A stretch of DNA of 64,000 nt from Octopus vulgaris (GCA_951406725.2 OX597814.1:82026001-82090000); one strand, 5' to 3'. Numbered from the stretch's first letter, positions 29,268 to 42,816 are shown. Made by a program: numbers and translations. The notes: a model not told the origin generated them from the sequence alone.

Positions 29268-29461
29268 ATTGGCTTCAAATTTTGGCACAAAGGCCAGTAA
29301 TTTTGGGATAAGGGTAAGTTGATTACATCGATACTTATTTCATCGACCCCAAAAGGATGAGAGCCAAAATCGACGGAATTTGAACTCAGAACGTAAAGAC
29401 GGACGGAGAACTGTTATGCATTTTGCCCAGCTTGCGAATGATTCTACAATCTAGCTGTCCT
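29268..29461 (-). mobile_element. SINE family A copy
   Basis: ttcaaattttggcacaa..gattacatcga..tcgacccc..tgaactcagaacgtaaagacggac. Confidence 0.75.
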
Positions 29462-30254
29462 GGACAATAAATAAATATTATAGAGTCCAGTGTATTGATT
29501 TATCCGGAACGGCAGTGTCTATAACGCTGCTACGCGGCCCTGTACAAGTGGCTGAGTATTACAAAGACGCATGTAATCTTAAAGTATTCCTCAGATAGAA
29601 TCAGCGAACATAATCTGTGACAATGTTGAACATATAAATTATTGGTATAATGTATTCAGCAGGCTTCCACGCAGTTTCCGTCAACACAATTTCACGCATA
29701 AATCTTGGATTCAACCGAGTCTAGTGTAAGATACAAAGCAGCGGGATCGAGTCGAATCTGCGCTATACTATGCAGCGCCCATACATACGTACATACATAC
29801 ATACATACATACATACATACATACATACATACATACACAAACAAACAAAACATACAAATCTGCACAGGCACTGATACCAAATATTGCAAATACTGCGCAT
29901 ATAACACATACGTGCAAAAATATCATTCTGATGTTGGAATTCTAATGAAGGAACCTTAGATCTAGGTTAGAAATCAGTTTTTTCTCTATTGACAAGAAAT
30001 CTTGAAATAAAACTGAATAATCACATACATACATACATACATACATACATACATACATACATACATACATACATACATACATACATACATACATACATAC
30101 TTTCACTCATATAAATACATAGATACACGAATAGCTATAAACATGCATACACAAATACATAAATACATACATACATACACATTGTTACACACGCGCACAT
30201 TCATGTACACATATATAGGTACATACATACTTATGGTTATATATGGAAAATGCA

Positions 30255-30678
30255 TATTTACAGTTGGTTTATTCATAATAATTGTCCGACACGTGTTTCG
30301 ATCGCATTAATTGCATATTATTGCATATTTATATGCAGCGATTTATGCATTATTAGTATAATCTCTTCAGATTTATGCATTATTAGTATAATCTTGTTCG
30401 AAGAGGTATTTTTCTCCGTTATTAGTTTGACTTAGGCTTGGTAACAGTAGCAGTAAACTGATTGTTTGGGTAAAATTCAGCAGCACTACTACTGCTAACA
30501 AGCCTAGGTCAAACTAATAACGGAGGAAAATTCCTCTTCGAACAATATAATATTCATACACCCTGAAGACATCGTGCAAATAATGCATAAATCGCTGCAT
30601 ATAAATATGTAAAAATATGCAATTAATGCAATCGAAACACGTGTCAGACAATTATTATGTATAAACCAGCTGTAAATA
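30255..30678. repeat. ~200-bp inverted repeat with hammerhead motifs in the arms
   Basis: Arms ~30255-30460 and ~30481-30678; right arm CTGAAGA...ATC-GAAAC-ACGT-GTC. Confidence 0.85.
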
Positions 30679-30737
30679 AACATAAAGTTTGACTTTTCAA
30701 ATTCTTCATTTTCCTTGTTATCAATATATAATTATCA

Positions 30738-30776
<39 letters not shown>

Positions 30777-31210
30777 ACAAAAAAACAGTATAAGAACGTA
30801 ACGGACAACAATAAAAACATAAGGACAGATAAACGATGCAATCACTTGGGCCTGTTCAAAATTGGTAGGCCCCAAAAATCTAAGCTAAGAGCATTAAATG
30901 TTTGGAAGAAAGCAAGCAGATGTGTACGACAACACAGACAAAAAAAAAGAAAACGGAGAAAGTGTTACACGATTACAAATACAAACAACAAGAGAATAAC
31001 AACAGTTGATTTTCGACTAATAAGGAATAAGAACAAGTTAGGTTAAGCTGGCGTGTGGAGTGAAAGGTTTGAGGCAAAAACGTTAATGAAAGTCAGGAGA
31101 CAGGAAAATAAGGTGTTGTACGGGCGGCGGTCAGGCCGATAAAGAAAGATCATGTTTGGTTGAACTTATATATACATATGTGTGTGAGTGTGTGAGTGTG
31201 TGTGTGTGTA

Positions 31211-31345
31211 GACGCAGGCGTGGCTGTGTGGTAAGAAGCTTACTTCCCAACCACATGGTTCCGGGTTCAGTCCCGCTGCGTAGCACCTTCGGTGTATTTT
31301 TTTATAATAGCCTCGGGCCGATCAAAGCCTTGTGACTGGATGTAT
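31211..31345 (+). mobile_element. SINE family B 5' part
   Basis: gcaggcgtggctgtgtggtaagaagc..gttccgggttcagtcc. Confidence 0.8.
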
Positions 31346-31369
31346 AAATACATACATACATACATATTT

Positions 31370-31401
<32 letters not shown>

Positions 31402-31950
31402 ATAATGAGAAAGTGATGCACCTATATACACATACGTGCGTACATCTATACATTCACACATACACACCTGCACACATTGGCATCACGTAGATTGTACTAC
31501 GTATTTTCAAATAATATTGACTGAAGAATTTTATAAGACATGCATCCCTACCAAGTACAAACACAACTGACCTTATTGTTGTCTAGAACAAAAAGTCACG
31601 TAATCTTTTAGCGTTTAATAACATAACTTGCTGAAAAGGTAAATAACGGGAAGGAATTGATTCAGAATTGACAAGATTTGTGCCCAGAGCATATGTTTTC
31701 ATTTATATCTATTGTCATTCAATTCAACGAAACGTGCATGCTTTTTCACAAAAGTACTCAAGAAATGCTAAGGTTTAAAAAAAAACAGAACAGAAACGAT
31801 TGACTGTCATTTTACAGATTCACCCAAACCAGGAAACGATGAAGATTGTATGTAAAGCACTCTATGAAGATAATAAATTATTATGAGACGTACAACAGCC
31901 AGAATCAAAACAATGATGAGTAGAATCATTCTTAACACTTTTAATATTTT

Positions 31951-32548
31951 AATATTCACCATGGGAGAACAGCTTCTTTCTTCATACAATATGTATTGAC
32001 ACCACACATGATTCAATGGCGTTTAGATTCAGTGATGCCAGGAGGTACGTTGACTAAAGAGAAGCAATCAAGTGGGATCGCCAGTGTTTCAAAGTCTTCT
32101 TACGTTATTGAATTATGTATATTGTCAACACACATTGTCTGAAAGGAGAAGTTGTTATCCGAAGGTGAAATATAACATCTGTAATCGTAGCCATGGTGAA
32201 ATCTATCGCATCATGTTAAACATAAACATATCATTATTCCATGGACAGAAATATACATAAATTACTTAAGATGAGCCTTTACACTACATAAACGATGCAA
32301 GTTATGATTTTAAAGATATGATTTAAGGTGTTAGAAAATCAGTACAACTTTTTTCTTCGGATGATATGGATGCTGACAACAGATACGATTCAATAACATA
32401 GGGGGTTGACTTTGAGATGCCTGTATTTCGACCTGGTTGTGTTTCTTTCGTCAAAGCTACTCTCAGATCACTGAATCTAAACATCATTGAACCGTGTGTA
32501 TTATCAGCGCAAATCGTCAAAGGAAAGTCGTTCTTCGAAGGCGAAATA
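31951..32548. mobile_element. Two oppositely oriented copies of a ~220-bp MITE-like fold-back element
   Basis: 31951-32173 has ~65-bp imperfect TIRs; 32340-32548 is a diverged reverse-complement copy (shared tttagattcagtgat). Confidence 0.6.
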
Positions 32549-32588
32549 AACAATGATTAGCATAATCACGCTAAAATCTACCATGCTG

Positions 32589-32880
32589 AGACCCCCTTCG
32601 GTCATGACTGACCGTGGGATTGCACCTAGAAAGTTACCCTCCCAAGCACAAGTCCGGGCAAGGTTGTTTATGCATACCGGCCTCTCCACGCCACCAGTAT
32701 TATCCAAGTGCAAGGCAAAGGCCGATACAGCTTGGCACCTGTGACGTCGCAACTCATTTCTACAGCTGAGTAAACTGGAGCAACGTGAAATATAGTGTCT
32801 TGCTCAAGAACACAACACGCAGCCCAGTCCGGGATTCGAACTCACAACCTCGCTCTAACCACTGAGCCATGCGGCTTCAC
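32589..32880 (-). mobile_element. tRNA-derived SINE (family C group)
   Basis: Minus strand: A-box tggctcagtggttagag, B-box gagttcgaatcc, ttgagcaagacac. Confidence 0.8.
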
Positions 32881-33449
32881 TACATGTTAAAAATGACTAT
32901 ATTCATCATTGTTTTGATCCATGTAAAACACTTATAAGTTTGTTCTGTACAATTTTGATTAATAAAACATGGTGATAGTTTTTGAATAGTTTTTTTCCAA
33001 AAATATGCAAGGACATATGACATATATCGCTGTATATGAATTGTCAGAAATGCGTTTAACGTTGGTGTGTTTGCTAATCACCACCACTACTAACAACAAA
33101 TTTATCACCATCAACCAAGCCACTACTTTCATCTCCTGTACCACTACGCCCGGTAACACCTTTATAGCATCATTATAAAGAATAAAGTCAAAAGCTAAAG
33201 CCAATGGATCTCGGTCAGTTTTAACGATGACTGTTCCAGTTGTTTGATCAGCTGAACTAGCTAGTTCTTAAATGATAATTGTATGCGGCAACAACGACAA
33301 CGAAGCCGGTGAAGCTAAAGGAGAAGGGGGAGGAGAAGGAAGAAGAAGATTATGATGATAAGGATGGTGTTGTTGTTCTTATTGTTTTTGTTGGAGGTGG
33401 TGATGATGAGAAAGAATTTGAAGAGGCGGAGGAGGAGACAAAAGAAGAC

Positions 33450-33534
33450 AAAGAGGAGGAGGAGGAGGAGAAGGAGGAAGAAGAAGAAGAAGAAGAAGAA
33501 GAAGAAGAAGAAGAAGAAGAAGAAGAAGAAGAAG

Positions 33535-33563
<29 letters not shown>
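33450..33563. repeat. (GAG)n/(GAA)n microsatellite
   Basis: Directly visible; source of the poly-E and poly-K ORFs. Confidence 0.95.
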
Positions 33564-33565
<2 letters not shown>

Positions 33566-33919
33566 CGGGTGCTAGTGCACTAGTCAGAACTATGTGATCA
33601 TTTTCTTATTTGCTGTAGATTTGTGCTAAAGGTAGGGTGAGAGGTTGAATTGTTGAGGAAGTAGCAGAGACATCTGTTGCCTGTTTCGTTGTTTAGTTTA
33701 GACACTGGGTGACTTAAGACAGTGAAACAGGTGATATCGATAGAGACACAGAAAACCTTATAACCAATCTGGCTGCCAGCCAGCCAGGCAGACACAGACA
33801 GCCAGTCAATCAGTCAGTCAAATAACAAGCCAACTAACCACCTAAACAGCTAACCAGCCAGTTAACCCGAAAGGACAACTTTTTTTCTTGTCCACCTTGT
33901 GTCCTTAACATTATCGTTC

Positions 33920-34206
33920 GATGATAATACTGATGATAATAATGACGACAGCGACGACGACGACCTTCATCACTACCAACATCACCATCACAATCACCAC
34001 CAGCACCAGCACCACCACCACCACCATCACCACCACCCCCATCATCACCACCACCACCACCATCACCACCACAATGATGACGGTAATGTGGGTGGTTGTG
34101 GTAGTTGTGGTGATGGTAGTCGTGGTGTTGGTGTTGGTGGTGGTCACAATAGTTGATAACCGTATAGTGATTATGATGGTGATGATGATGACGACGACGA
34201 TGACGA

Positions 34207-34240
<34 letters not shown>

Positions 34241-34375
34241 GGTGGTGGTGGTGGTGGTGGTGGTGGTAACCGACGACAACGACGACAACGCTAACAACGA
34301 TGACGATAATGACGACGTAATGCTGATGGTTGGTGTATGTGTGGTAGTGATGGAATTAGTGGTGATGATGTTGTT
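33920..34375. repeat. Compound trinucleotide region (CAC/CAT then GTG/GAT)
   Basis: Directly visible. Confidence 0.9.
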
Positions 34376-34587
34376 CGTTGATGAAATGGTCTGGCCCATT
34401 ATAAAAAAAAAGAGCATTCCACCCGTGATCATCCTGTCTTTTTTTGTGTTTTGCCACACTCATCTTTCTCTCGTTAAAACAGAAATGTAGGATTTAACTG
34501 AGATTTGTGTTTTGTTTTATTTTTTTTATGCTCATTTCAAAACATATTTAATTCACGAATAGTTCAGGCTGTTAATGATAGAAGTGT

Positions 34588-34804
34588 TTAAGGCAGCGAA
34601 CTGGCAGAATCATTAGCACAACGGGCAAATGCTTAGCGTCATTTCGTCCGTCTTTACGTTCTGGTTTCAAATTCCACCGAGGTCGAATTTGCTTTTCATC
34701 CTTTCGGAGTCGATAAAATAAGCATCAGTTGAATAATGGGACCGATGTAATCGACTTAACCCCTTCCCCGAAATTGCTGGTCTCGTAGCAAAATTTGAAA
34801 CCAA
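34588..34804 (+). mobile_element. SINE family A, near full length
   Basis: aggcagcgaactggcagaatcattagc...aaatttgaaacca; a second degraded copy lies at ~34995-35160. Confidence 0.85.
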
Positions 34805-35537
34805 TGACAGAAGTGTTGGGGAGAAAAAAGTCAACTAACAAAGTATTTATTTCAACAGCAATAATAGTGTAGCCAGAGGAATCTTATGGAGGTTCAGCTA
34901 TTAAAGTACGAAGTGTTCACATTTTCTCTCCACCGAAAAGAAAAGCAAACATAAAAGTACGAAACGCATAATATTATTGAACGATATTAGGCTGTGAGTT
35001 TGTAGAAGCATTTAGTAGCATTTCTTCCGATGCTTAACGTCCTGAGTTCAAATCTCACCAAAGTTGATTTTGCCTTTCGTCCTCTCGGAATCGATAAAAT
35101 ACCAGTCAAGTACTGGGATCGACTGTCACTCTCTCCCTAAAACTGCTAGCGTTTGAAAAAATTATTAGAGCGATATGAATGAATATGAATTATTGGAACG
35201 ATATGATCAATTCGTTAGAATGAAATCTCAAAATATTTTTTCAATTGTAATCTTATCTTTAAGTTGTTTTTCTTATGTAAGTAGAACTTCGAGACACAGA
35301 AATGTCCGCAGTGAATGTTACCGGTTACAGAACATAATTATTTAAAATTTAAATAATGAGGGTGATAAATTGAATATTAATTTGTGAGTTATCTTCTGCA
35401 GAACTGTTTCCGGGATTTAGCGCGCCAGAGCTGAGACATTTGAAAATAACCCCAATGTAATCGTTAGAACTTGAAACACATCTAATTTCATGAGGATAAT
35501 CTGTGTATAGTTCTTCAAATTATACTGAATTAGAACG

Positions 35538-35603
35538 GTCGTACTGAAGAGCCACGGGCGTTGTTACGTAAGTAAAGTCGTTAATGGCGAAATCGGTCGA
35601 CGA
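35538..35603 (+). ncRNA. Type I hammerhead ribozyme motif
   Basis: tcgta-CTGAAGA-GCCA..ttac(gtaa)gtaa..TGGC-GAAA-tcgG-TC-gacga. Confidence 0.7.
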
Positions 35604-35759
35604 TTAATTCTTTATTTTGTATATCTTTATTTGTCTTACCCGCTTATGCGCTGGTGCTTGCTGAATTTTTCTAGAGAACATTCTTTTGTTTGTGGTTAGA
35701 TCGTTGGTGATCTATTTCTAGCATATTGGATGTCCACTTAGTGGTCAATCCTTCTTATA

Positions 35760-35797
<38 letters not shown>

Positions 35798-36257
35798 CAC
35801 GCACACATATATATTTATTTATATTTGTATATATGTATGTATATATGTATATGTACGTATGTATGTGTGTATGTGAGCGTGTTCTTGCGTGTGATCGTAT
35901 CTGTGTTTACGTTTACACCACTTAAAATCCTGCGTTCGAAACATAACGTAACAAAGCGGTTCGACAAATAGTGAAGTCAATTTGATCAACTAAACCTACG
36001 AATAGGGGCAGAAAAAGAATAGAAGAATAAATTTTAAAAACTACCATCTTGAAAAGGATGGAACACATTGGATAATGAACGTAGTCCTGAATATGCAATA
36101 ACTGTGAGAAGGGCGTGGTGGTCATGGGGAAAATACATCTTTGTTCATTAATCTACTTTGCTGAACCGTTAAATTACAGGGACGCAAACATCGGTTGTCA
36201 AGCGGTATGAGGGACAAATAAAGACTCAAACACACACGCACAAACATACACACATAT

Positions 36258-36580
36258 GTGAAGGCGCGTGGCTTAGTGGTTAGGGCATTCGGCTCACGAT
36301 CATAAGGTCGTGAGTTCAATTCCCGGCAACGCGTTTTGCCCTTCAGCAAGACACTTTATTTCACGTTGCTTCAGTCCACTCAGCTGGCAAACATGAGTAG
36401 CACCTGTATTTCAAATGGAGCAGCCTTGTCACATTCTGTGTCACGCTGAGGTTACCAGTGAACTACGTTAATGGTATGCGTGGCTGAGGAGTGCTCACCA
36501 ACTTCCACGTTAATTTTACGAGCAAGCTGTTCCGTTGATCGTATCAACTGGAACCCTCGCCGTCGTACCCGACGGAGTGC

Positions 36581-36582
<2 letters not shown>
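36258..36582 (+). mobile_element. tRNA-derived SINE (family C group)
   Basis: A-box tggcttagtggttagg, B-box gagttcaattcc; tail shared with the 44520 copy. Confidence 0.8.
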
Positions 36583-36623
<41 letters not shown>

Positions 36624-36734
36624 AAATAAGCCACCATTTCACTGAGAATACAACAGTCTGAGAAAAGTCGAGGGATGAGCAAAATTTAACTTATCATTGC
36701 GGCTGAAGTCGTAAATGAGGATCACAGATATACT

Positions 36735-36787
36735 TGTATCACGTAATTTCGAACTTTGAAATATTTCCATTAGTTCTCATCAGTAGG
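36735..36787 (-). ncRNA. Hammerhead ribozyme motif, stem I degenerate
   Basis: CTGATGA-GAACT..AGTTC-GAAA-ttacgtga-TA. Confidence 0.55.
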
Positions 36788-36970
36788 TCTCGCTGTTAGC
36801 CAGCGCACTAATAAGAGAAAAAAACTCGCTATTCTTTGGCACTCAACACACCACCACCACCACCAGCATCACCATTAGTAATACCGCTTCTATTTAGCCT
36901 TTGCCTGTCCAAAGTATTTTCATAAGTATTTCCTAAACATCTAAGCTTGTTTTCAGACTTTAGGTTAGCC

Positions 36971-37473
36971 CAGTGGTTCCTAACCAGGGTCCGTATGGCC
37001 CCTGAGGGTCAATTTAAGATTTTTGGGAGTCCGTGTAACAAAATAGTAAATTGGAGATCCACAATAGTATTTTAAGGGCTCCTGGAAAAATGTTGCTTTA
37101 GATGTGTGTTGATATGTATTGCAGGAAGCACCTAAGTTTCAACCGGAGTCCATATGGCCCCTGCCGATTCAAATCAGATTTTTAGGGGTCCATGCAACCA
37201 AATAGTAAATTGGAAATCCACAATAGTATTTTAAGGGCCCTCTGAAAAAAAATTGCTTTACATATATATATTGGTGTGTATTGCAAGAAACAGCAAGGTT
37301 TCTTTCTGTATTTTACATAGTTCAACCTACACACGTTAATGTGTAAAAAAAAATAGGAACTTCGAAAGAACAATCTATGAAACTAGTTTTAAAACATCGA
37401 ATGGCTATGGGGGTCTATCAGAATAGAATAGTAATCAAGGGAGTTCATAGCTAAAAGTGGTTGAGAACCCCAG
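36971..37473. mobile_element. hAT (Charlie-like) MITE with ~160-bp internal duplication
   Basis: TIRs cagtggttcctaacc / ggttgagaaccccag; 8-bp TSD ggttagcc (36963-36970) / agttagcc (37474-37481). Confidence 0.8.
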
Positions 37474-37534
37474 AGTTAGCCTTTGTATCATGCGTTCTGA
37501 GTAATATAAAACTTTCCTTTCATAAGTCCCAAGT

Positions 37535-37948
37535 TGCTATGTGGTAAAAAGCTTGCTTCCTAACCACACGGGTTCAGTCCCAGTGCGTGGCACCTTGGGG
37601 AAGTGTCTTATACTATAGATTCGGATTGACCAAAGCCTTGTGAGTGGAGTTGGTAGACGGAAACTGAAAGAAGCCCATCGTATATGTATGTATGTCTTAT
37701 GTATGTGTGTGTGTGTTTGTGTGTATGTGTGTGTATTTATATGTGTGTCTGTGTTTGTCCCCACGCCATCACTTGACAACCGATATTGGTGTGTTCACGT
37801 CCCCGTAACTTATCGGTTCGACAAAAGAGACCTATCGAATAAGTACTAGGCTTACAAAGAATAAGTCCTCGGATCGATTTCTTCGACAAAATATAGTGTT
37901 CATCCATGGCTGCAGTCAAATGACTGAAACAAGTAAAAGAATAAAAGA
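37535..37948 (+). mobile_element. SINE family B, near full length
   Basis: Head, internal (TG/TA) microsatellite and tail ..atgactgaaacaagtaaaaga. Confidence 0.85.
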
Positions 37949-38340
37949 ATATATGATGTATGGACCCCATGGAAATATGTTCTATGTATCACATGATATA
38001 CAGGACAGGCAAAGTGATAACATCACCCCCATGCTACCGCCACGACAACCACTCTTTTACTGCTCTAGTGCCATCGCTACCAACAAATTTATCATCAGCA
38101 TCAGCATCACCAATAATGCTACCACATCCATCCTCTACTACCAACCACCTACTATTATCGTCTTAGTGTCAGTACTTCAATTACTATAACATTAACCACT
38201 TGTCAGAAACAACATAAAACTATAAAAACAGAACTACGACTGACACATGCTGGTTCTTATACTATAAGAAAATATAATGAATTTTTTTCTTTTTTTTATA
38301 TTTTTCTTTTTTGCTTTGTTTATTTTTATCTAATCGTATC

Positions 38341-38405
<65 letters not shown>

Positions 38406-38508
38406 AACCTCTCTCTCTCTCTCACTCTCTTTCTCACTTTCTCTCTTTCCCTGTATATATATATGTGTGTGTGTGTGTATACATACGTATGTGTACATAC
38501 ATCTATAC

Positions 38509-38574
<66 letters not shown>

Positions 38575-38589
38575 ATACTTTTTATCTTT

Positions 38590-38795
38590 AATCTTTCATT
38601 TGTATCAGTCATTGGACTACAGCCACACTGGTGCGCGTCCTTGAAGAATTTTTATTCGAATGAATTAACACTAGTACTTTTTTAAAGAATGGTACTTATT
38701 CTATCAGTCTTTTGCCGGACCTCTAAGTTACGGGGACGTAAATACGCCAGCATCGGTTGTCAAGCTATGGTAGGCGGACAAACACAGACACTCAA

Positions 38796-38840
<45 letters not shown>

Positions 38841-38998
38841 CATACGACGGGTTTCTTTCAGTTTTCGTCTACCAAATCCACGCACAAGGCTTTGGTCGGT
38901 CTGAGGCTATAGTAGAAGACACTTACCTAAGGTGCCACGCTGTGAGACTGAACCTGGAACCTTGTGGTTGGTAAGCAAGCTACTTGCCACACAACCAA
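38590..38998 (-). mobile_element. SINE family B, near full length
   Basis: Reverse-complement homologue of 37535-37948. Confidence 0.85.
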
Positions 38999-40061
38999 TC
39001 TTTACATACATATGTATGCACGCACACGCACACACACACACACACTCACACACACACACACGTTCCTTAAGTTCTCTATCTCTCTCCCATATTTGCTTTG
39101 TATTTACATCTTTTGCTTTTCTTATTTATACTCTGTCAATAAATACCCCTATCCAGCACTACCCCTACTCCCTTCTACTGTCTATACAATTTTTCTATAT
39201 TCTTTTCCTATGTACCCCTTCATTCTTCTGTCTCTTGGATGGACCCCCATAACCATTTAGCATTTTAACAAATGATTAAATATTAATGGGAATTGTTAAA
39301 ATGCCTTGTGTATTGTCAAAGTATAACCAATTTATTGCACATGACAAAATCTTGTATGGACCCCGATTGAGAATCCCTAATCGAGGGGAAAACTTTTTTG
39401 CCCTTAGTCTTCGGTGTGACTGATGCTATTAGATCGGTGACGCTGATGCTGTTAACTTCTCACTTGGACATCTAATTATCCAACAGTAATTCATACATGT
39501 CCAGCTATGTTTTTAATTCATCCGTCTATTCAGATACCTGTCTATCTAAAAGATAAACGGGTAGCTGACAGTTAGCTAGATGTATCTTTCTGCCTGCATA
39601 AATATTTATTTATCCGTTTACTTTTTCCTATCCATTTATCTACTCTTCCATCTAGCTATCACTCAGTCTATCGCACATTCTAAGTTGCGAAACAAAAAAC
39701 GGGATTAAGTAGAGACTAAGAGCACAAAAACAAAAAACAAAATACTAACATATATAAGCAGGTCACCAGAGCAGACACTCAATTTTCAGGCGATGCACCT
39801 GTTCTGTACAGATGTGACTATTAAAACTTCGCAATCCTAGAAAGACGGAGGAGAAAATTTACTCTTGGCATCAAACGAATTACACGTTCCTTAACTGTGA
39901 AAGAATTTATATACAAACTCTCGCCAGTAGACCGAACTGAATTATAAGTACTTCAGATTATAAGGATTCATAATTCAACGATTGTGGCAGGGAGATGATT
40001 ACGTTTGGCTATATTTTTTGTACGAATACATAGATACAGCTGTGTAGTGCATAATCAATTA

Positions 40062-40247
40062 CTCTTTTACTTGTTTCAGTCATTTGACTGTGACCATGTT
40101 GGAGCAACGCCTTTAGTCGAGCAAATCGACCCCAGGACTTATTCTTTGTAAGCCTAGTACTTATTCTATCGGGCTCTTTTGCCGAACCGCTAGATTACGG
40201 GGACGTAAACACACCAGCATCGGTTGTCAAGCGATTTGGGGGGACAA

Positions 40248-40300
<53 letters not shown>

Positions 40301-40436
40301 CATATACATATATACGATGGGCTTCTTTCAGTTTCCGTCTACCGAGGCTATAGTATAAGACACTTACCCAAGGTGCCACGCAGTGGGACTGAACCCGGAA
40401 TCATGTGGTTGGTAAGCAAGCTGCTTACCACTCCTG
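40062..40436 (-). mobile_element. SINE family B, near full length
   Basis: Homologous to the other family B copies. Confidence 0.85.
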
Positions 40437-41060
40437 TATGTATGTATGTACGTACTACGTGTTTATTTATTTATATACATGTACGTGTATATGTATTTGA
40501 AAATGTATTTATGTGTATTTATGTCATTATTCAGTTTTATTTCAAGATTTCTAGCCAAAAGAGAAAGAACCTGTTTCTAACCTAGATCCATGGCATCTTC
40601 ATTGAAATATTAACATCAACAGAGTATTTTTGTAGGTATGTGTGTATATCTGCAGGCACAGATTTGTATGTTTTGTTGCATGTCTAGACATGCGCATATA
40701 TACACTTAAATGGTAAACTTCCGGAAAATTTGACAAATTTTTACGGTTCCAGTGATGGCTTGGATCTCTAGTCTTCGAATCAATTTTCTCCTTTTTAGAT
40801 TTGAGAAGCCTAATTTTTTAAGGTTGGTACTTAGGCAGTTTGTTGCATATCCTATTGCCCCAATAATTACTGGTATACGCCTGAACTTATAATCTGAGTA
40901 GAGTAACTGTAGATTTTAGCGTAGATGTTTTCTTTATCGCTGATCTTTAGCCTTATGTCAACATGCGTATTTGCATGTATGCATGTATGTATGTTTGTAT
41001 GTATGTATGTATGTATGTATGTATGTATGTATGTATGTATGTATGTATGTATGTGTGTAA

Positions 41061-41138
<78 letters not shown>

Positions 41139-41671
41139 ATGTATGTATGTATGTATGTATGAGAGGAAAAACAAGTGTCTGAATATTTCACTTCTCAGAA
41201 AATGAACTCACTTTAATTCATTATTATTAACTTTTATTAACCACCCTTTTGCCAATTTTCTTGTGCTGGAGCTGATGGTATTACCTGCAATAAAGAAGAT
41301 TAGTCCATTTCAGATTGAAATATTTTAAAAGATTTATCTAATCTGGCATATTGGAAAATTACATACAGGCTCCTTCATTTATTCATAAAATAGCGAAATG
41401 AAATTATCCTACGTATGTGTAGCGGAATCTGTTAATGCTTTCAGGCACCTGATTAATCTTGAGAGGAATGTGCAAGTCAGGTTTAAATAGCAATTGACAT
41501 GAAGTTTGCAACGTCCATGTGGACATTAAATATTTATCTTTAACACTTTGCTTTGTTTACGAACATTTTGTTTATGATAAGCATTTGTTGATTTTTTTTC
41601 TTACCACTAACCTGAGAATCGTTTAGGAAGTACTGTTACACATAACAAATTGCTTAAAAGGCTTTCTATTT

Positions 41672-42307
41672 ATGAAATTTGAACAAAGAAGAGGAAAACG
41701 GGAACAAGTAATACTATTTATAGTGACACACAAGCCATGTCACCAGAATATCTTCAACATTGCCAAAGCAAACCTGCCGATCGTTGCTCAAAGTAATGAA
41801 TTAAAAGATATAATCACAGATCAAGCTATGGTTCTTAGTAAAATACAGCATAAAAACTTGAGAAAATTATTAACAAAGGCAAAAGTTGACCTTAGCAACA
41901 AAGACCAATCATTCACTGTACCTAAATGCAATGATAACCGATGCGGTACATGACAATTCATACATACCGGCTAATATATGAACATGAAACCCGGAAAAAT
42001 ATTCACAAACATAAACATGAACGGCAAAAGCAGAAATTTAATTTACTGCATCAAATACTCGAATTGTGAAGAACTATATGTAGGTCAGACAGGAAATGAA
42101 TTATCAGAACGTTCTCGTGTACACCAACAGCAAATTAGAGACCCAGATGTCTGTCAGATACCTTTGAGTAACCATCTAGCAACATTCGGTCGGAAAATAT
42201 TTATAACATTTCCATTCTACAAACTACACAGTCCAAGTGAAATTGAGAGAAAAATCAGAGAAAAGAACTTTATAAATAAATTCCAACCTAAGCTAAATAA
42301 ACAATAA
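41672..42307 (+). pseudogene. Penelope-like element (Neptune-type) linker zinc motif and GIY-YIG endonuclease remnant
   Basis: KNLRKLL..KCNDNRCGT*, NLIYCIKYSNCEELYVGQTGNELSER..H, REKNFINKFQPKLN. Confidence 0.85.
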
Positions 42308-42675
42308 TACTAATTCTTAGAGATACTATTTTTACTGCTACGACCACTTTCACTAACAGCAACAACAATACTAAAGGTACTCATAAAGACGATAGCAGGA
42401 AAATACTAGCTAAGTCAAGAGAAAAGTCAGTAAAAATAATCTTATTTTGGGGTTTAAAGTTCTATTAACACAGCTACTCCTATCACCACCACCACCACCA
42501 CCACCACCACCACCACCGCCGATACTACCACCAATCAGTTCAGTCAGAATGGACATTTAATATTCTATCATTTCATTATATTATATTATATTATATTATA
42601 TTATATTATATTATATTATATTATTATAAGATTGTAACTAAAACGTGAAAATCAAAGTTGGAATTTCTTTGAGTA

Positions 42676-42816
<141 letters not shown>

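Noticed and set aside
33279-34490. Poly-E, poly-K, poly-H and poly-T/V ORFs
   Set aside because: Open in several frames and on both strands because of triplet repeats; no domain or splice support
36258-36330. tRNA gene (also at 44520 and 32810-32880)
   Set aside because: A/B boxes continue into SINE bodies; no convincing cloverleaf or poly-T terminator
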